A stretch of 64,000 bases of DNA from Rhina ancylostomus. Lineage: Eukaryota. Under the pieces are notes generated by a model. The model was not told the origin of the DNA and did not search any database. It worked only from the letters and a program-made list of their open reading frames with translations. Positions 38,491 to 52,899 of the stretch are shown here, piece by piece (the first letter of the stretch is position 1; each line of letters opens with the position of its first letter). The position numbers were made by a program, and so were the translations under genes. The DNA lies in contig JARFYF010000059.1 in NCBI GenBank assembly GCA_030265395.1, positions 11,394,886 to 11,458,885 of the forward strand. Reading direction: 5' to 3'.

Positions 38491-41400
38491 TCCAATGACC
38501 ACAAGCAAGGACTTACTTTTCAGCCAACAAATAGGAAAGCGCAACCCACTGGGATGGTGACAATGAATCAATAATGACGGTTGACATTAATTACAAAACA
38601 TATATTTGGATTCAATTTCCCGACTCTTAGCACCTGCCATCTTAGCAGATATATCAGTACAAAACAAGTTCAATAAATATTTGAAATTTCAACCAGGAAA
38701 TCAATTAAACATGAATTCAGCAGCCTACTAAAGCCGATCTCCTTAAACCCCAATGTAGGTTGAATACACACAGACTGCATGCAATCTGCCTTATGGCTAA
38801 CGCAACTCACTGCTTTGAACATTATACTAGCTGAACTACAGATCATAAATGAAAGAGTCTACCATTCAAACTTGTGATTGGTATTTTGCTCCTCAACTGA
38901 ATACAAGTTCTCTTTCCAGACTGAACCTCAGGTAAAATGATGAATGTTTCACTATCATTTCACTGACAACAGACGGTCTGGGTTACTGATATCATCCCAT
39001 CACTGCATCAAACAGCATGAAAGGCAAAAGACCTTGCACTCAGCATTAATCAAAGCCTTCCATACTGAAGGCACATGAGACTACAGACGTTGGAATCTGG
39101 AGCAAATGTCCTGATGCAGGTTCTCCCTCAAAATACTGAAGGATCAAAAGATGCTGCCTGACCCACGGAGTTCCTCCAGCAGCTTACTTCTTCCTTCCAT
39201 ACCGAATCAAGGTAAATTACCCAATGGTATTAACATCCAGGTTTGACTCAGTAAATTTATCCATTCATCAATCCCACCTTCCATAAATGCTAATTAATGA
39301 TTCTTGAAAATCAACCAAGGATCCTGCTTCTGATTATTATCTAGTGATTAATAACACCTGCTGAACTGCCATCCCACTCACCACCAATCCCACTCTCATT
39401 CCCTTCCATTTGTTAATGCCTACACTGGCCTGCAGTAGACAGACAAAATAACTCACTTCCAGGGAATTATTAATCTCTGCAATTTCATCCTTAGATCTCT
39501 TCTCAAACAAAAAAAGCTACAAATGTTAATAATCTTCAATGTCCTTTTTTTAATATTTTGAGAGGTGTTATTAGTGGGGTTGTCATGGTTATCAACTTGG
39601 AAGACTTTCCAAGCCTAGTGGTACAGTTAAACTGAACTTAGAGGCAGAGATGGTTGCATTTGTTCTTCTTCATTTGTTTGCCCATGGCNNNNNNNNNNGT
39701 TGCCTCCACACCACCCACAATACCATCTCCCACCACTGCTGGGTAAATCTTTAATGAGCTAATTTACATCCTGACTTCATTTGAGATCAGCCTCAAATGT
39801 ACAGGTCTGCACAGACCATGGTCTATCGAGGACCAGCTCAGGTCCCGTGGTGACTAGGGATGATAGTATGCAGGGCTCTGGTCTAATTGGCTACTGTATC
39901 CTACCCAGCAATGTGCCTAAAGTAGCAACGTTTCCTAACCATGTGGTCCTGCCATTCCAGGAGGGATCTCAGCATTTGCAATGTAACTGCGGGGGTGGGC
40001 TAAGCACCAACACCTTCTTGTGGTTCCCATCCTATTCACTAGTGAGTCTGCCCACAGAGCTATGTGGCTAGCCTGGTAGCTTCGGTATTTTAGGCCCACC
40101 CTGGAGTCCACATATCCTGACACTCAGCAACTGCTCCCTCCCGTCGAGCTTAGACAAACAGCCAGATACCCAGCATCATCATTCCCAGCTATCTATCCTG
40201 TGCTCAGACCAGTGGGAAGCTAAATGCTGAACATTCCCTGTGAATCACACAACAAAATATCACAGGTGTGGGAGCCATAAATATAATTGCCAAAAAAATC
40301 AAATAAAGAATTCAGGAGAAACTCCTTCACCCACAGTGAAGGTATGGAATTAGCTCCTACAGGGAGTACTGCAACACATAGATTCCTTCAAGGCAAAACT
40401 GCCCATTTGGTCCAAGTGGTTCTTGCAGGTTTTTATATTCCCCATCAGTCTCCTCCCATGTAACTTCATCTATCACTATCTGAATATCCCTTTCTAGCTT
40501 CGTGTTAAATGCATCAATGGAGCTGTTATGTTCAGTAACTCCTCAGCTCAGTTTCCCATTAACACCATCAATACTCACAGTTTAAATAAAGGCATTCAGA
40601 GGAAAGAAACAAAAATGAATTAATCCTAATTTGTTGCTGCGATTTGATATTTTAGGATGTGTACCGGTACTGACACATTGTTCAATCCCTAGTCACCACA
40701 TTCATACAAGTAAGACATAATCAAATGTGGCATGGCAATCTCTTTGGAAACAAAACTAGCTTCTTCAATGCATTGTATAATATTTCACAAGAAGTGGTTG
40801 AGAATAAATAAATAATGGAGTAACACAGCTTGGGCTGTTAAACAGGAGCTCCTTGCCATAATGTCAGAAACTTGGATGAACTGGGTTATTAAAACTCTTT
40901 CTTCTGACAGGCACCAGTCATGGTTCATCTGCTGCCTCTCATGTTGCTTGGAATTATGCAAGTCCTCATTTTGCCTCCTGTCACTGCAGGCTTATCTCTG
41001 CATAATCTGGAGGGCAGTCACAGGTACCATGACATGCGGGTGGCCTCCAGGGTCTACAGGAAGAGATAATTAATACCGCACAGTGCTTACTTATTCTGTG
41101 CCATTGCACACATGCTGTTTAATGCCCTTCCTCAATATGATCCAGCAACAAGTGTGTGCAGCGAATGGCTGTAACCTGGTCTTGGCCTCTTCTCAGTGCT
41201 TGTTGGTTTGCCCGGTTATAAGATCGCCTTAAAGCAACAGGTAGCAATGTGTGAGAAATCTGAAGCCAGAATGGAATTGCCCCCAAAATGCTAACTGACG
41301 GATGTATTCACTCACACTTGAAAGGGCATGGCAAACCAGCATGTTGCTGGACTAGCAACCAGATTTTGGGGCTATTGATCTAGTGATACAAGTTCAAATC

Positions 41401-43079
41401 CCACTATGGAAGCTGAGGTGTTTAAAGTTAAGTAACTCAATAAATCTGGACTTAAAGACCTCTGGAGACAAAATGTCATTTCGATCAAGAAAATTTTCTT
41501 CACCCAGAGGGCAATGAACCCGTGGAATTTTCAACCACAGAGGCAGTGGACGTCAAGTTATTAAAAATGTTCAAGGAGGAGGCAAACATAGTGCTAAAGG
41601 GATCAAAGGATATGGGGAAAAGGCAGTAACAGAGTACTTAAGTCATAGAGTCAGAGCAATGGAGCATGGATACAGGCTCTTTGGCCCAACGTCCATGCCA
41701 GCCACAGTGCCCATCCAGCAAGTCCCAAATCACAGATAGATGTTGGATGGTGGAGCTCAAACTAACTAATTGGTTCCTCAGCTCAAGAGCAGTTAGTGAT
41801 GGACAGTATGTGATGGCCTTTCCAATGATGTCCACATAAGGTGACTAAATAAATAAAAAAGAATGAAGACAAAGGCCAATTCATGCAACCATTTGGGGTT
41901 CTCCAGCATGATGGTTCCAAGAGCAGTTCTTCATCCATTGTGATCAGAAAGGTACACCTTTTTCATGAACTGTAAGACTGCACAGAGTGTATGGCAGATT
42001 AACAATAAGTTTTTTTTAAAACCATAGGCACATTCCAGAGGTTGCACAGATTGCTACCTGCACTCCTTTATTCCTTTCCTTTCTCAAGGTTGCTGGTCAA
42101 TTCAGAGTAAAACTGATACACACATGATTTACTCAGATCTTTGTTGCACAAAAGAAAATGGAACACAGCAAAAGAAAGTCAGAGCAAGTACTTAAATAAA
42201 ATCAGAAACTGCTGAAAATATTCAGGTCAGACAACACCTGTGGAGAAAGACAGAGTTAACATTTTACTTCAATGACTTCTCAGGTTTCATTGAATATTTC
42301 CTGTTCTTATTTTAGATTTCCAGCATCTGAAGTATTTTACTTTAGGTTTGCAAATATTTGTACGGTATCAAAAGTGGTTCAAAGACACAGGGTCCAGATT
42401 CTTGGTCTTTGAACTGAATGCTTCATTGTTCACAATGTCCTGTTTTAACACCATGATGTGTAAACACATGAGAATTTATGAAGGAAGAATATTCCAAACT
42501 ATTATAGAATTCTTTTGGGTTTCTAAGCAGTACGCCTCAAAGAAGATCAAAGAAGGCAGGCATCTCAATCTGCATTATCATTATTCAGGTTGCTGATGTG
42601 TGAACTATTATGTCCTCCTCCCCTTAACTGATTAATTGCCAAATCATTTATTCCTACCAGTCTTTCCTTAGACAACCTAACCCTTATGCTAATAGCTTGA
42701 TCTTGAGAACCAATAGCTTGCACACACCAGAGGCTTGTTTTTTTAAATTTCAAAGACACAATTCAATTATTGTGGTGATCCACTAGGTATTCAGGCCATT
42801 AACCTCACAGCAGCTGATTGGTTGGCTACTAACTCCATCTGAGATACTAATCACTCTCTCTAAACAATATTTGCACATTGATTTCAGACGACAGGAGATT
42901 TTCTTTCAGTTCAAATTTCCTTTCAACTTCAAAGTGTATCAACTGATCTAAAATTCTACATCACCAAAGTGCACAAACAAAACTGTGATAGTTTTAAGTA
43001 AAAGGAAATTCTGCTTCCTTCCATCCCTCCTGGCATTGTGTATCCCAGCAGGGGTTGACAACTAAGGGAAAGCCTCCTC

Positions 43080-44600
43080 CCAAGCTGATTCCTCCCCCAA
43101 AAGTCATGAGAAATATTTTGATCTGGTACTTGTTAACCACTAAGAAAATATAGAAAAAATGGAAGCGCGAGCACACCTGAGAATCAAAAATGACTAAAAC
43201 ATAAAGACTACAACAGAACTTTAATAGGGCTAAATCTGACAGAATATGGGACAAGTTGGAAAGGCTATCCAATAGGCATATGAAATATCACTGAAGATAC
43301 AATGCTGAACATGAGAAAAAATACATTTCCAGAATAAACCCAAATGTAAATGTAGATTACCAAGCAAATCAGTATAAATCCTGATAAATCCTAATTATCT
43401 TTGCTTGTCCAATCTAGTGAAGAAAAGGGGTTCAGTGCAATGAATATAATTAATGTAGAAAAAGAAAGACCAGAGAGATAGAAACAGGCAATGCAGCCTA
43501 GACACAATACCAGTAACAGAACAGGATCACAAATGTAAGGAGGCATTTGGATTAGAGATGAAAATGATAAAAGATGCAAAGAAGTGTGAGCACAAAATAT
43601 TAAATAATCTTAATGAATATTTCATCTGATTATTCAAATTGGAAAGCATGAACAAAATACCTCTCTGAACTTTTGAATGAGAAAATTGTCTCAAAACACA
43701 TAAATCCCTATAGATGTGTTGTACTTATCCCTGAGCGCTGATGGAAACTGGGAAAGAGATCTACAAGATACCGAAAATCATTGTGTGAGTCAACAGATGT
43801 CATGGAACATACAAATAGATTCCAAGTGGGTTAAAGTGGTATTCATATTTAAGTTGAGTGATAAAACAGATCCTGTTCAGTTTTCCTTCCATTTCAAGTA
43901 TAACAATTAGGAGATTATCTGCATATTAACATAATTACAGTAGCCTGTGTGTATCTGGAGGTAGTTGATTCAGCCTGACCAATATTCTTTACTCTTGGCT
44001 AAATTATTATTACCCTAGTGGACAAGCTGTTGGTGAGGTTCACTCACCAGTGTTGATGTAAACAGAAGCATGTACACCGCCCCAGTTCCTGAAGTCAATG
44101 ACCAGCTCTTTTGTTTTGCTGACATTGAGGGAAAGGTTGTTGTCATGACACCATGTCACTAGGCTCTCTATCTCCTTCCAGTACTCCAACTCATTGTTAT
44201 TTGAGATTAGGCTCACTACGGTGTTGTCATCTGCAAACTTGATAAGAGTTAGAGCAGAATCTGGCCATCCAGTCACGAGTGTATAGGGATAGAGTAGGGG
44301 GCTGAGGACGCAGCCTTGTGGGGCACCAGTGGTTAGAATAAAGTGATGGAGGCATTGCTGCCTATCCTTGTGGTCTGTTGGTCAGGAAGTCAAGGATCCA
44401 GTTGCAAAGGGAGTTGTTTAGGTTGAGGTTGAGTCCCAGGTCCAGCTCGACTATCAAATGGCCTTTGATAAAGTTTTGCTCAGAAAACTACTAATTAAAC
44501 TCAAATGATGTAGGGATCCAAGGTAAACCTCAGGAATGGATGAAGGAGTGGCTGAAGGGTAGGAAGAAAGGGATGGAACCTTGGAAGGAGGTTGGCCTTC
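43080..44600 (+). mobile_element. Old CR1 endonuclease/RT remnants interrupted by a Rex1/Babar fragment
   Basis: Remnants FDLVLVN, NFNRAKSD, LNEYFI, AFDKV..KLLIKL and WMKEWLKGRK. Confidence 0.45.
44040..44425 (-). mobile_element. Rex1/Babar LINE reverse-transcriptase fragment
   Basis: TGAPQGCVLSPLL and LIKFADDNTVVSLISNNNELEYWKEIESLVTWCHDNNLSLNVSKTKELVIDFR. Confidence 0.85.
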
Positions 44601-45124
44601 TACTTTGGCCAGAGATTGTATGTGTTCGAAAGAGTTCCAGAGGAAAATAATGAAGAAGGAAACATGGTTATAACATGCAGTCTGTTTGTGACATATATCA
44701 GGATGTCTCGGCCACCCGTATCTACATTGTTGGACAGATGAAAGACAAAATGATTAAGTCACAATCATTTGACTGTGCAAATTGGCTTAACAACAAAGTT
44801 ACTAGTATTTGTTCGGCATTGTAATGATTATCAATTATTTTGAGTAACTGGGTTACACAGCCTATTATTCTTGGCTGAATCTCAGCATGAAAAGAGACAT
44901 TTTAAAATAGGTGTCATTTAAATGAATTTTTTATGCTGATTTGAAGAGAATCAATTCCAAATAAATCGACATCTCTCCAAATCATCAAAAGCTCTATAAA
45001 TGTAAGAAAGATAAGGGAAGCTAAGTCAAAGATAATAAGGAAAATGAATTATTTACAGAAAATGCTGGAAATACTCAGTTGGTCAGGCAGATTCTGGGGA
45101 GGGAGAAACAGAGTTATCACTTTA

Positions 45125-46232
45125 GGTCATAGAGTCATAATATCAAAATTATACAGCAATGGAAACAGGCCCTTCAGTTCAACTCGTTCATGCCGACCAA
45201 AGTGCCTATCAGAGCTGGTCCCATTTGCTTGCGTTTGGCCCATATCCCTTTTCTGTCTATGTACCTGATCAAATGTCTTTTAAATATTGTAACTGTACCT
45301 GCCTCTACCACTTCCTCTGATAGCTTGTTCTATATACCACCACCCTCTGTGGGAAAAACTTGCCCCTCAGGTACCCTTTAAAACTTCCCCACTCACCTTA
45401 AACCTACGTCCTCTAATTTTATACGCCACTACCCTGGGAAAAAGACTGCGATTATCCACCTTTTCTATGTCCTTCATGATTTTATATATCTCTACAAGGT
45501 CACCCCTCAGTCTCCTATGCTCCAAGGACAAAAGCCCCAGCCTATCCAGTCTGCTTATAACTCAAACCTCCAGTCCTGACAACATTCTTGCGTATCTTTT
45601 CTGCACCCTTTGCCGGGTTCAAATCCCGGACGAACCCCCAATTTGTTACGTACCAGCAACAACAGAAACACACCGAGACATGTATAAGTGTTAAAAACTA
45701 CTTCATTAATAACTACTTATNNNNNNNNNNNNNNNNNNNNNNNNNNNNNNNNNNNNNNNNNNNNNNNNNNNNNNNNNNNNNNNNNNNNNNNNNNNNNNNN
45801 NNNNNNNNNNNNNNNNNNNNTGTTACGTACCAGCAACAACAGAAACACACCGAGACATGTATAAGTGTTAAAATCTACTTTATTAATAACTACTTATTAT
45901 AATAAGTAAAACAAAATAAGTAAAATATCTAGGCGATAAGAACTGCACACAATACTCCAAGTGTGGTCTCAGCGACATCTTGGACAGCTCTAACATGATG
46001 TCCCGACTTTTATGCTCAATACACAGACCAATGAAGCTAGTGAGCCAAACACCTTCAAGGAACTATGCACTTGTAGCCCTACGTCTCTGTTCTACAGCAC
46101 TCTCCAGGGCCCTGCCATTCACTGTGCAAATTCTACTCTGATTTAACTTACCAAAATACAACAGTTAGCACTTATCAGAGTTAAATTTCATGTGCCATTC
46201 CTTGGCTCACTTTCCCAGTTGATCTAGATCCT
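45125..46232 (-). mobile_element. CR1 LINE 3' fragment, interrupted at 45613 to about 45928
   Basis: Minus-strand RPHLEYCVQF and RRLRGDLVEIYKIM; tail ..tatgactctatgac. Confidence 0.85.
45613..45928 (-). mobile_element. LTR end (R/U5-like) plus extended tRNA-Pro primer-binding sequence
   Basis: Plus strand 45613-45640 matches 27 of the 3' 28 nt of tRNA-Pro including CCA, then att, then TGTTAC. Minus strand reads AATAAA..GTAACA-aat-TGGGGGTTCGTCCGGGAT. Confidence 0.75.
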
Positions 46233-49004
46233 GGTCAAAGACCTTTTGTCAGCAAGTTATTGACAGAGGAATCTTTTAGCTTTTTGTCTGGGTCTCAGAT
46301 GTGGACACCTTTGTATTTGAATGGGATGATTTTAGCTACATGACTAAGGATTTAGTGAGGTAGTGAGTGAGTACTGCTGTATGCTTTATGATTTAGGTGA
46401 GATCTTAATGTAGCTGAGACAAAAACCACCTGGTATCTCTGGAAATGGAAAACCTGACCAATATTTGTCTCCGGATCATTACCATCAAAAGCATGTCACT
46501 TAATTCATCCACGGTATGTGCATTTTGCTACATTTGCTTACATAACTGTTCTTCAAAAATAATCTAGTGGTTACATAATTGCCATGTAATTGCACATTGC
46601 TTTCATCATTAAATCTGTCTCGCATGAACTTACTGGCCAGTGAAATCTTCAGTTATACAAACCAGATTCAATCTAATTTCAATACAATAAGTAGCCTTGG
46701 ACTTTTGCTTGCTGTTTTCAATTGTTTCACTGTTTAGAGTATACCTTAATAATAGCCAGTTGAGGAAAAAAATACCTGAATTGCATGTGGGGCCCAGCAT
46801 CTGTCTAAGCCTCTAATGAAGAGTGTAAGATATTAGCCATTAATTTTTGATATTTCCTATATGGACAGCACATACAGAGAGAGGAAGATGGCAGGAGCGA
46901 ATCTGCTCAGTTAAAGTATGTTCACCTTCCCAGCCATGCTGTATTAACTCTCCTGTACTTTCTTTCAGATTCCGGTCCTTTTATTAGTTCATTCCCAGCA
47001 GGCTATATACCTAGAGGTCCATTAACGCCACTTGTAATGAAAATCTGTCCAACTCTCTTTTAAAAGTGTATGTAACCGCACTAACCATTTCAGGCAGCAG
47101 CACATTCCATGTATCTCCTTCCTCTCAGAGCAAGTGACACTTAATTCCATTATTTGACCTTTTCATCCAAAACTTGTTGTCATGCCCTCTGGTTCATTCG
47201 CTCCATGTCCAATTCACAATGACTGTATTCATTTCTATCACCAATTTAAATGCTTGTATCCTGTCCTTCTCTAACCCTCTTTGCTGTAATAAGAAGAACC
47301 TAAGTTCCTTTTAACCTGTCTTTGAGGCAGTGACCACAAGAGTGTGGCTGACAACACCAACTTTATATTGAATAGGTCAAAACACACACAACTTGTGCTA
47401 CTCACTGAAGATTTATTTCAAAATATAAACATGTTTCTCTGCTAAAGCACAAATATCTCAAAATTGAGGAGGTTATGTAATTTTGGAACCTTTCCTTTTG
47501 CTTCCTAAGGGCACAGATAAAGGCTGGGGTTTGGTTTCACTGTGCTGCAAGATTACTTTCCTCAGCAGGACTTAGCAGAAGTACACAGATTACCAAGATA
47601 AAAGACCTTTCAGCCCACTGGGTCTGTGCTAGTGCCAGTGTAACTTCGAACAAGAGCTTTTGGCTTTTATCCTATTTCTTGGTGTTTCCAAGAGTATCAT
47701 CCTCCATTGTCACTCCACTAGGTTGGCCTGTGACTCAGTTGTTTAATTTTTTAACCTCCCTTCTCAGCTCATTAAAATTAAAATTCCTCCTGCAAGTTTT
47801 AATATCTTGTTTCGACCAGGTAAGACAAAGCAAACAGAGAAATATAAACTTACTCTCAAATTTGAAAAGGAACAATGGAAGAAACAGGAAAGAAATGATA
47901 CCAGCAGAATGCCTATTGATCAGAACATTCCTTGCCGTCGATAATGTGCTGGTACTGAACAAAGAGATGAATAGAATAAATCCTTAACATTTTGTTCCAT
48001 GGATCAATATTCAAGCTTGCCATCCTAGGGTAACCTACAGTCTGCTGATTATATTAACATGATATGCCAAATACATTCTTTTCCTGGTCAGCTGGCATAG
48101 AATGTTTTTAATCTTCAAACTTAAAATAGAAGAAGCCAGAAAAGTAGCTGGTGAATATCTGAGATTCACTTGAAATAGACTGTGCATTTTAAGTATTTGC
48201 GAATGAATAATTTGATGCTTTCTGGGTCTTCACCTGGGATAGGGATTTACCAGCATATGTAGCAAATACTATTCTGCAATCAAAATTGTGTGAAGACATA
48301 TAAAGGCTCAAGACAGTTTACATTGTAGGGTGCATTTTTCATTATATTTTGTTTTAATCTTGGGAGAGATATTAATAAAGCCTCAGCTTCCACTGTGTAT
48401 CAAATAGTAGGATTGCTTTGATCATGAGTGATGATTGACAGCTTCAACTTCAAAGATGATGTGCCTTTAACAGGTCAAAGATTTTTACTGCTCTGAACCA
48501 TCATAGAGAATTCTGAGAGTTTCTATGAGATTTTCAAAGCACTGCTAGACAACATTTGGCAGAAAACTCAATTAAAATCTCAGTCATTTGAAATGGGTGG
48601 AAAAATAGGATGGAGAGCTCCCTCTGTCACTGTGCAGTGTAGATCTATGTTCCAGTTGTCCACTTGAACTACTTAGTAGCAATCTTGTGTAATTCAGGAG
48701 GTTGTAGATTCATGCTTTGCCTTCACGATTTGAGCACATAGACTAGGCATGATTGAGAGAATGGTACATTATCTGAAATTCCATGGCAAAATTTAAAATC
48801 AATGCCCTGCCTGTCATTATATTTCAGGTGGTTAAAGATATTATGGTCCTATCTTTTCTTATGACACAAAAGGAGGTCATTTGACTCATCAAGTCTATGG
48901 TGGTTCCCAGAGCAATCCTGTAAATCCTATTCTTCAGTTTATAGTGCAAGCTATTCTGTCTAACATGGCCAATAACTCCACACTGATTCTCATACCATCC
49001 CCCT

Positions 49005-49175
49005 GCACTAGGGGTCAATTAATCTACCAAGCTCCACATTACTGGGATGTGGGAGGAAACTGAACACCCACGGAAAACCAATAAGAGTCATGGGCAGAAT
49101 GCGCAAACTTGACCCAGACAGCATTAGAGGTCAGAATTGAACCAAGATCACTTGAACTGTGAGACAACAGCCTAC
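49005..49175 (-). mobile_element. V-SINE (HE1-like)
   Basis: Reverse complement: ggttcaattctgacc..agtttgcgcattctgcccatgac..tccgtgggtgttcagtttcctcccacatccca. Confidence 0.7.
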
Positions 49176-49199
49176 CTTCTGAGCTATCCTGCTGTTCTA

Positions 49200-49410
49200 G
49201 GAGCAGGGAGTTCTCAAAGTACTCTGGCCAATAATCCACCCACAACTAACATTTAAAGTACAACCAACAGTTCAATAATCACACAGCTGTTAGTGGGATC
49301 ATTCTGTGCACACTGAAATGCTGGGGTAAAATAATGATTGACATGGCTTCAAAGTATTTAGATGCATGCAAAGTGCTTTTGCATAATTAAGATCTCTTTA
49401 GGCACTTTAT
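49200..49410 (+). mobile_element. Deu-domain SINE 3' half
   Basis: gagcagggagttctc..ctggccaataatcc..gctgttagtgggatcattctgtgcaca..aaagtgcttt. Confidence 0.55.
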
Positions 49411-51139
49411 ATCTTATTTCTCTGCCCTGTATTCTAATACATGTTGTCAGATTCTGATATCTTATTCTATAATTTATAATTTAAATACAGCAGTCTTTAA
49501 AGGCAAGTTCTAACATGATATCTCTAATACTGACTGAAATATGGGGCAGTGGAAATCCGACAGAAATATCAATGTGTAGTAGTACAGCCAAATAAGGCCA
49601 TTGTATCTAGATTTTGCAACTTCATGTGAACATGCTGTGATCTTGCAAGTATGCTATACAGCAAAGAGACCAGCTCAATAACTGAACAGGTGGCTTGGCT
49701 TTGGATACTTAAACAAACAGTGTGCTGCAAACTGTACTTCTGCTAATATTTTCTGTCATGGTCATGTTTCGTTGACAAATGAAACAGACCGTGCTAGATT
49801 TCTTCCCTTCAGGTAAATTAATCACAGGGCACTGCCTCTCATAGACTTTAGTGAGAACAGAAATAATTGAGTAAAGATAAGAATGCCACAAGTCTCTAAT
49901 GCAAGTGTAGTTTTCCCAAGACCTCAATCTTAAATCCCAGATACAAGATAGAGGTATAGGGGAAAGTTGTATTGTTTTGTATTGCTCTTCCTGGACTTTC
50001 AATGAAGGATCATCATTATATTAGTGTTCTTAATGCACTGAAAACATAAAAAATATTAAATACATCTAAAACTCAAGTGATTTAAATTTTGGGCCTGAAC
50101 ATCATGGTTAAGTTCAAGGGTATTTCTTTCATTACCATCTTTGATAAAATCAAATATCCTGTTATTAAAAAATACTGCTGGTAAATACATCAATTTTTGG
50201 TTTCTGTGATATATTGCAACTAAATTGCTGATAATAAAATAAAACTTGCACTTGCAAGGTTGTCCATTGCCACACATGCTTTTATTTATCTTGGTTTTCC
50301 CCTCCAGTTACCGAGTTACATCACTCACCAGTGTAATCTCCAATGTGTTCACAAACAAATGTGATTGGCTATTAATCAATGCAAAACAGTTTCATTTGAA
50401 AGCCATACTCATAAAGCAAAATGCACAGTTGGAATTATAAAATACTGCATATTGCCAAAAGAGAATTATTTGTGTAAAATTTCTTTGAGTAGGTCTTTCG
50501 AGGTTTTTGGTGATCAGCAGCCAAAATTGAAAACAAAATCTAGCCCTATTTATATTGTACTAGATTCTGTGAGACTTGGTTCCATTCAACCACATGAGCA
50601 ACAGGCACACTGGCATAATGGAGAATTCTGGATATTGACAACCTGCCTATTAATAACTCAGCATCACTCACTTCACTATGACAGTTTCTCATATGCTCTA
50701 ACCTGTGAATAGTGCATATTTCTTTTATGATGATATTATATGGTAAGCTATGGCATCCATGTGTAGATTTAAAATGTGGTAAGATCATATCACAACACCT
50801 CCAGTGTCAACACTTAGATCAAAATAAGAAACCTTGATCATCTACCCGTCTAAATCTATGGCAGCAGTGGTTAGTCGATAAAAATAACCAAATATAGCAT
50901 ATATATCTGCCACCATTTTCACCCCAGCAGCAGGTGAGGAGCCTGCATACCATCTTGGATAGGTGGGGTACATCACTATTTGCAGGCTTTCCCATGGGTC
51001 AGGAAACTTTCAAATACAAATGGAAACATCCAACTCAGATAGGTGACTGCTTCTGCAAGTACCACTTGAAAGATCAGGAATGGTTCCTTTGAACAAACCT
51101 TCGTCAGCTCTTTTAAATCATTGTAGCCCACTCTCTCCA

Positions 51140-51320
51140 CCCTGATCTGAAACTACTCTTGCCCTTCAAGCCACAACCTCTGGCTGGACAGCACCTCCCA
51201 AACTATCACCCATCTCGCAGCTCCAGTCCCATCTGCACCTCATTAACCACCTCAGAAGCAACAGTACCAATGTGGAAGCAAGTCATCCTTGAACCTGAGG
51301 GATTGCCTAAGAAGAAGGAG
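51140..51320 (+). mobile_element. RTE-clade LINE extreme 3' tail
   Basis: gtggaagcaagtcatccttgaacctgagggattgcctaagaagaagg; same tail as the RTEs ending near 14925 and 35600. Confidence 0.65.
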
Positions 51321-52899
51321 AGCAAAAAACCAGCATAAGCATGATCACAATCATGGCCGTAAAGAAGAGGATGGGGATGAGGTAAATCAAGTCATGATTA
51401 ATGTTGATGGAACCTGAACTTTACAAGTATCCAATAATTCTGAATTAATGTCACATTGTAAAGAACAGGTTAGTCTAAATGAATGTGAATAGTAATTGCA
51501 AACAGCTTAATGACTCCACCCTGGTCCAAACATTGTTCAGCATCTATTGATATGGAAGCCTCTATTCTACTGTGAAATGTTAATCTGCCCCCAATGCTTC
51601 AGCCGGACTCTAATGAAAGAGCTCTGGCAAAAACAACATTAGATTTTGAGTGCACAACAATCCAGCTCATGAGAACACCAAGCCACTGTCACTGGCAGCC
51701 ACTGACAGGTACCCATACAGCAAGCCAGACTTATGGCCTGCCAGGTAGAACTCTGATCCAGTCTACAATGTGACTTTTACAGTCATGGTTACCACAGATC
51801 ATCTCCAATATTAGAGCTCCATCAACAAGCGTAACCATAATGACTTTTAGGTGGCCACACAAGCACAGGAACTAAATTGAAACCAGACGCATTCTGGAGC
51901 ATCAGACAGAGAGAGTTCAAAGCAAGACAATGTCAAGGGAATGTTACCACCTCCCTATTTCCTATCTGAGTCATATACCAACTTGACTTAGACATATCTG
52001 GTCTTTTCTTCATCAAGGCAGGATTAGAACCACAGAATTCCTTATTTAATCTCATCATAGGAATAACATGACCATAAGGTTAGCAGAAGGGGAAGCTGGT
52101 GGTTGAAGGAATATTGTCACTGTCACTCACATCTTGAAGGCAAATTAAAACATGAATACACTAGCTATTGGACATTGCTTAAGAAATCAAAGGTAATTTA
52201 TTTCCTGGGTTTTAGTTGAGGGTGGTTCATGGAAAACGTCATGCTTAGGTTTTGAAAGAAGTATTTATTACTCCACAGAAACAGGCTATTCAGCCCTAGT
52301 GGGCAATGCCCAACTTTATGCTCTACTGGAGATTCCTTCTACCTTCATTTAACCCGAGTCAGGTTGTTGGTCATTGTCTATTTTTAGTAAAACACCTAGA
52401 TAGTTATCTTGGTAACCCGAGCAATAATCCAGAGAACAGCCATACAATATTTAACAGTCCATTATGGTGGGCAAAAGCAATTCAAGCTGCAGTAGCCTGG
52501 TTATGGAGGTTTGCACTGATAACACTAGAGAGCTTAAACTGGATGCAATTATCAACATTCAAAAGGCAGCACTACTGTCTGAAAGATGATGTTATGGTCA
52601 TTCTATGGTGATTTTTATTAAGCTAGAACTAATTGACATAACTACTGTTTCACAACATTATATATCAAATTACCTCAAACAGAGCGTATTTAAGTGTCCA
52701 ATCTGTCGCTCACCAATGAATAATATGGCTGACGCTTTTGGTTCTGATACAGAATGATTCCCAGGACAGAAATAATTTGCAATGGGTCAAGTCAAGGGCA
52801 TCATTCAGCTTCTGAATTGGAAAAATCATTCACAGTGTAAGATGTTTTTGAAGTTAGGTGCAAGCAAACTGGGATGTAATGAATCTCTAAAGTTGTTTA

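Noticed and set aside
45613-45640. tRNA-Pro gene
   Set aside because: Only the T-arm and acceptor 3' strand are present, with encoded CCA; there is no D-arm, anticodon arm or A box.
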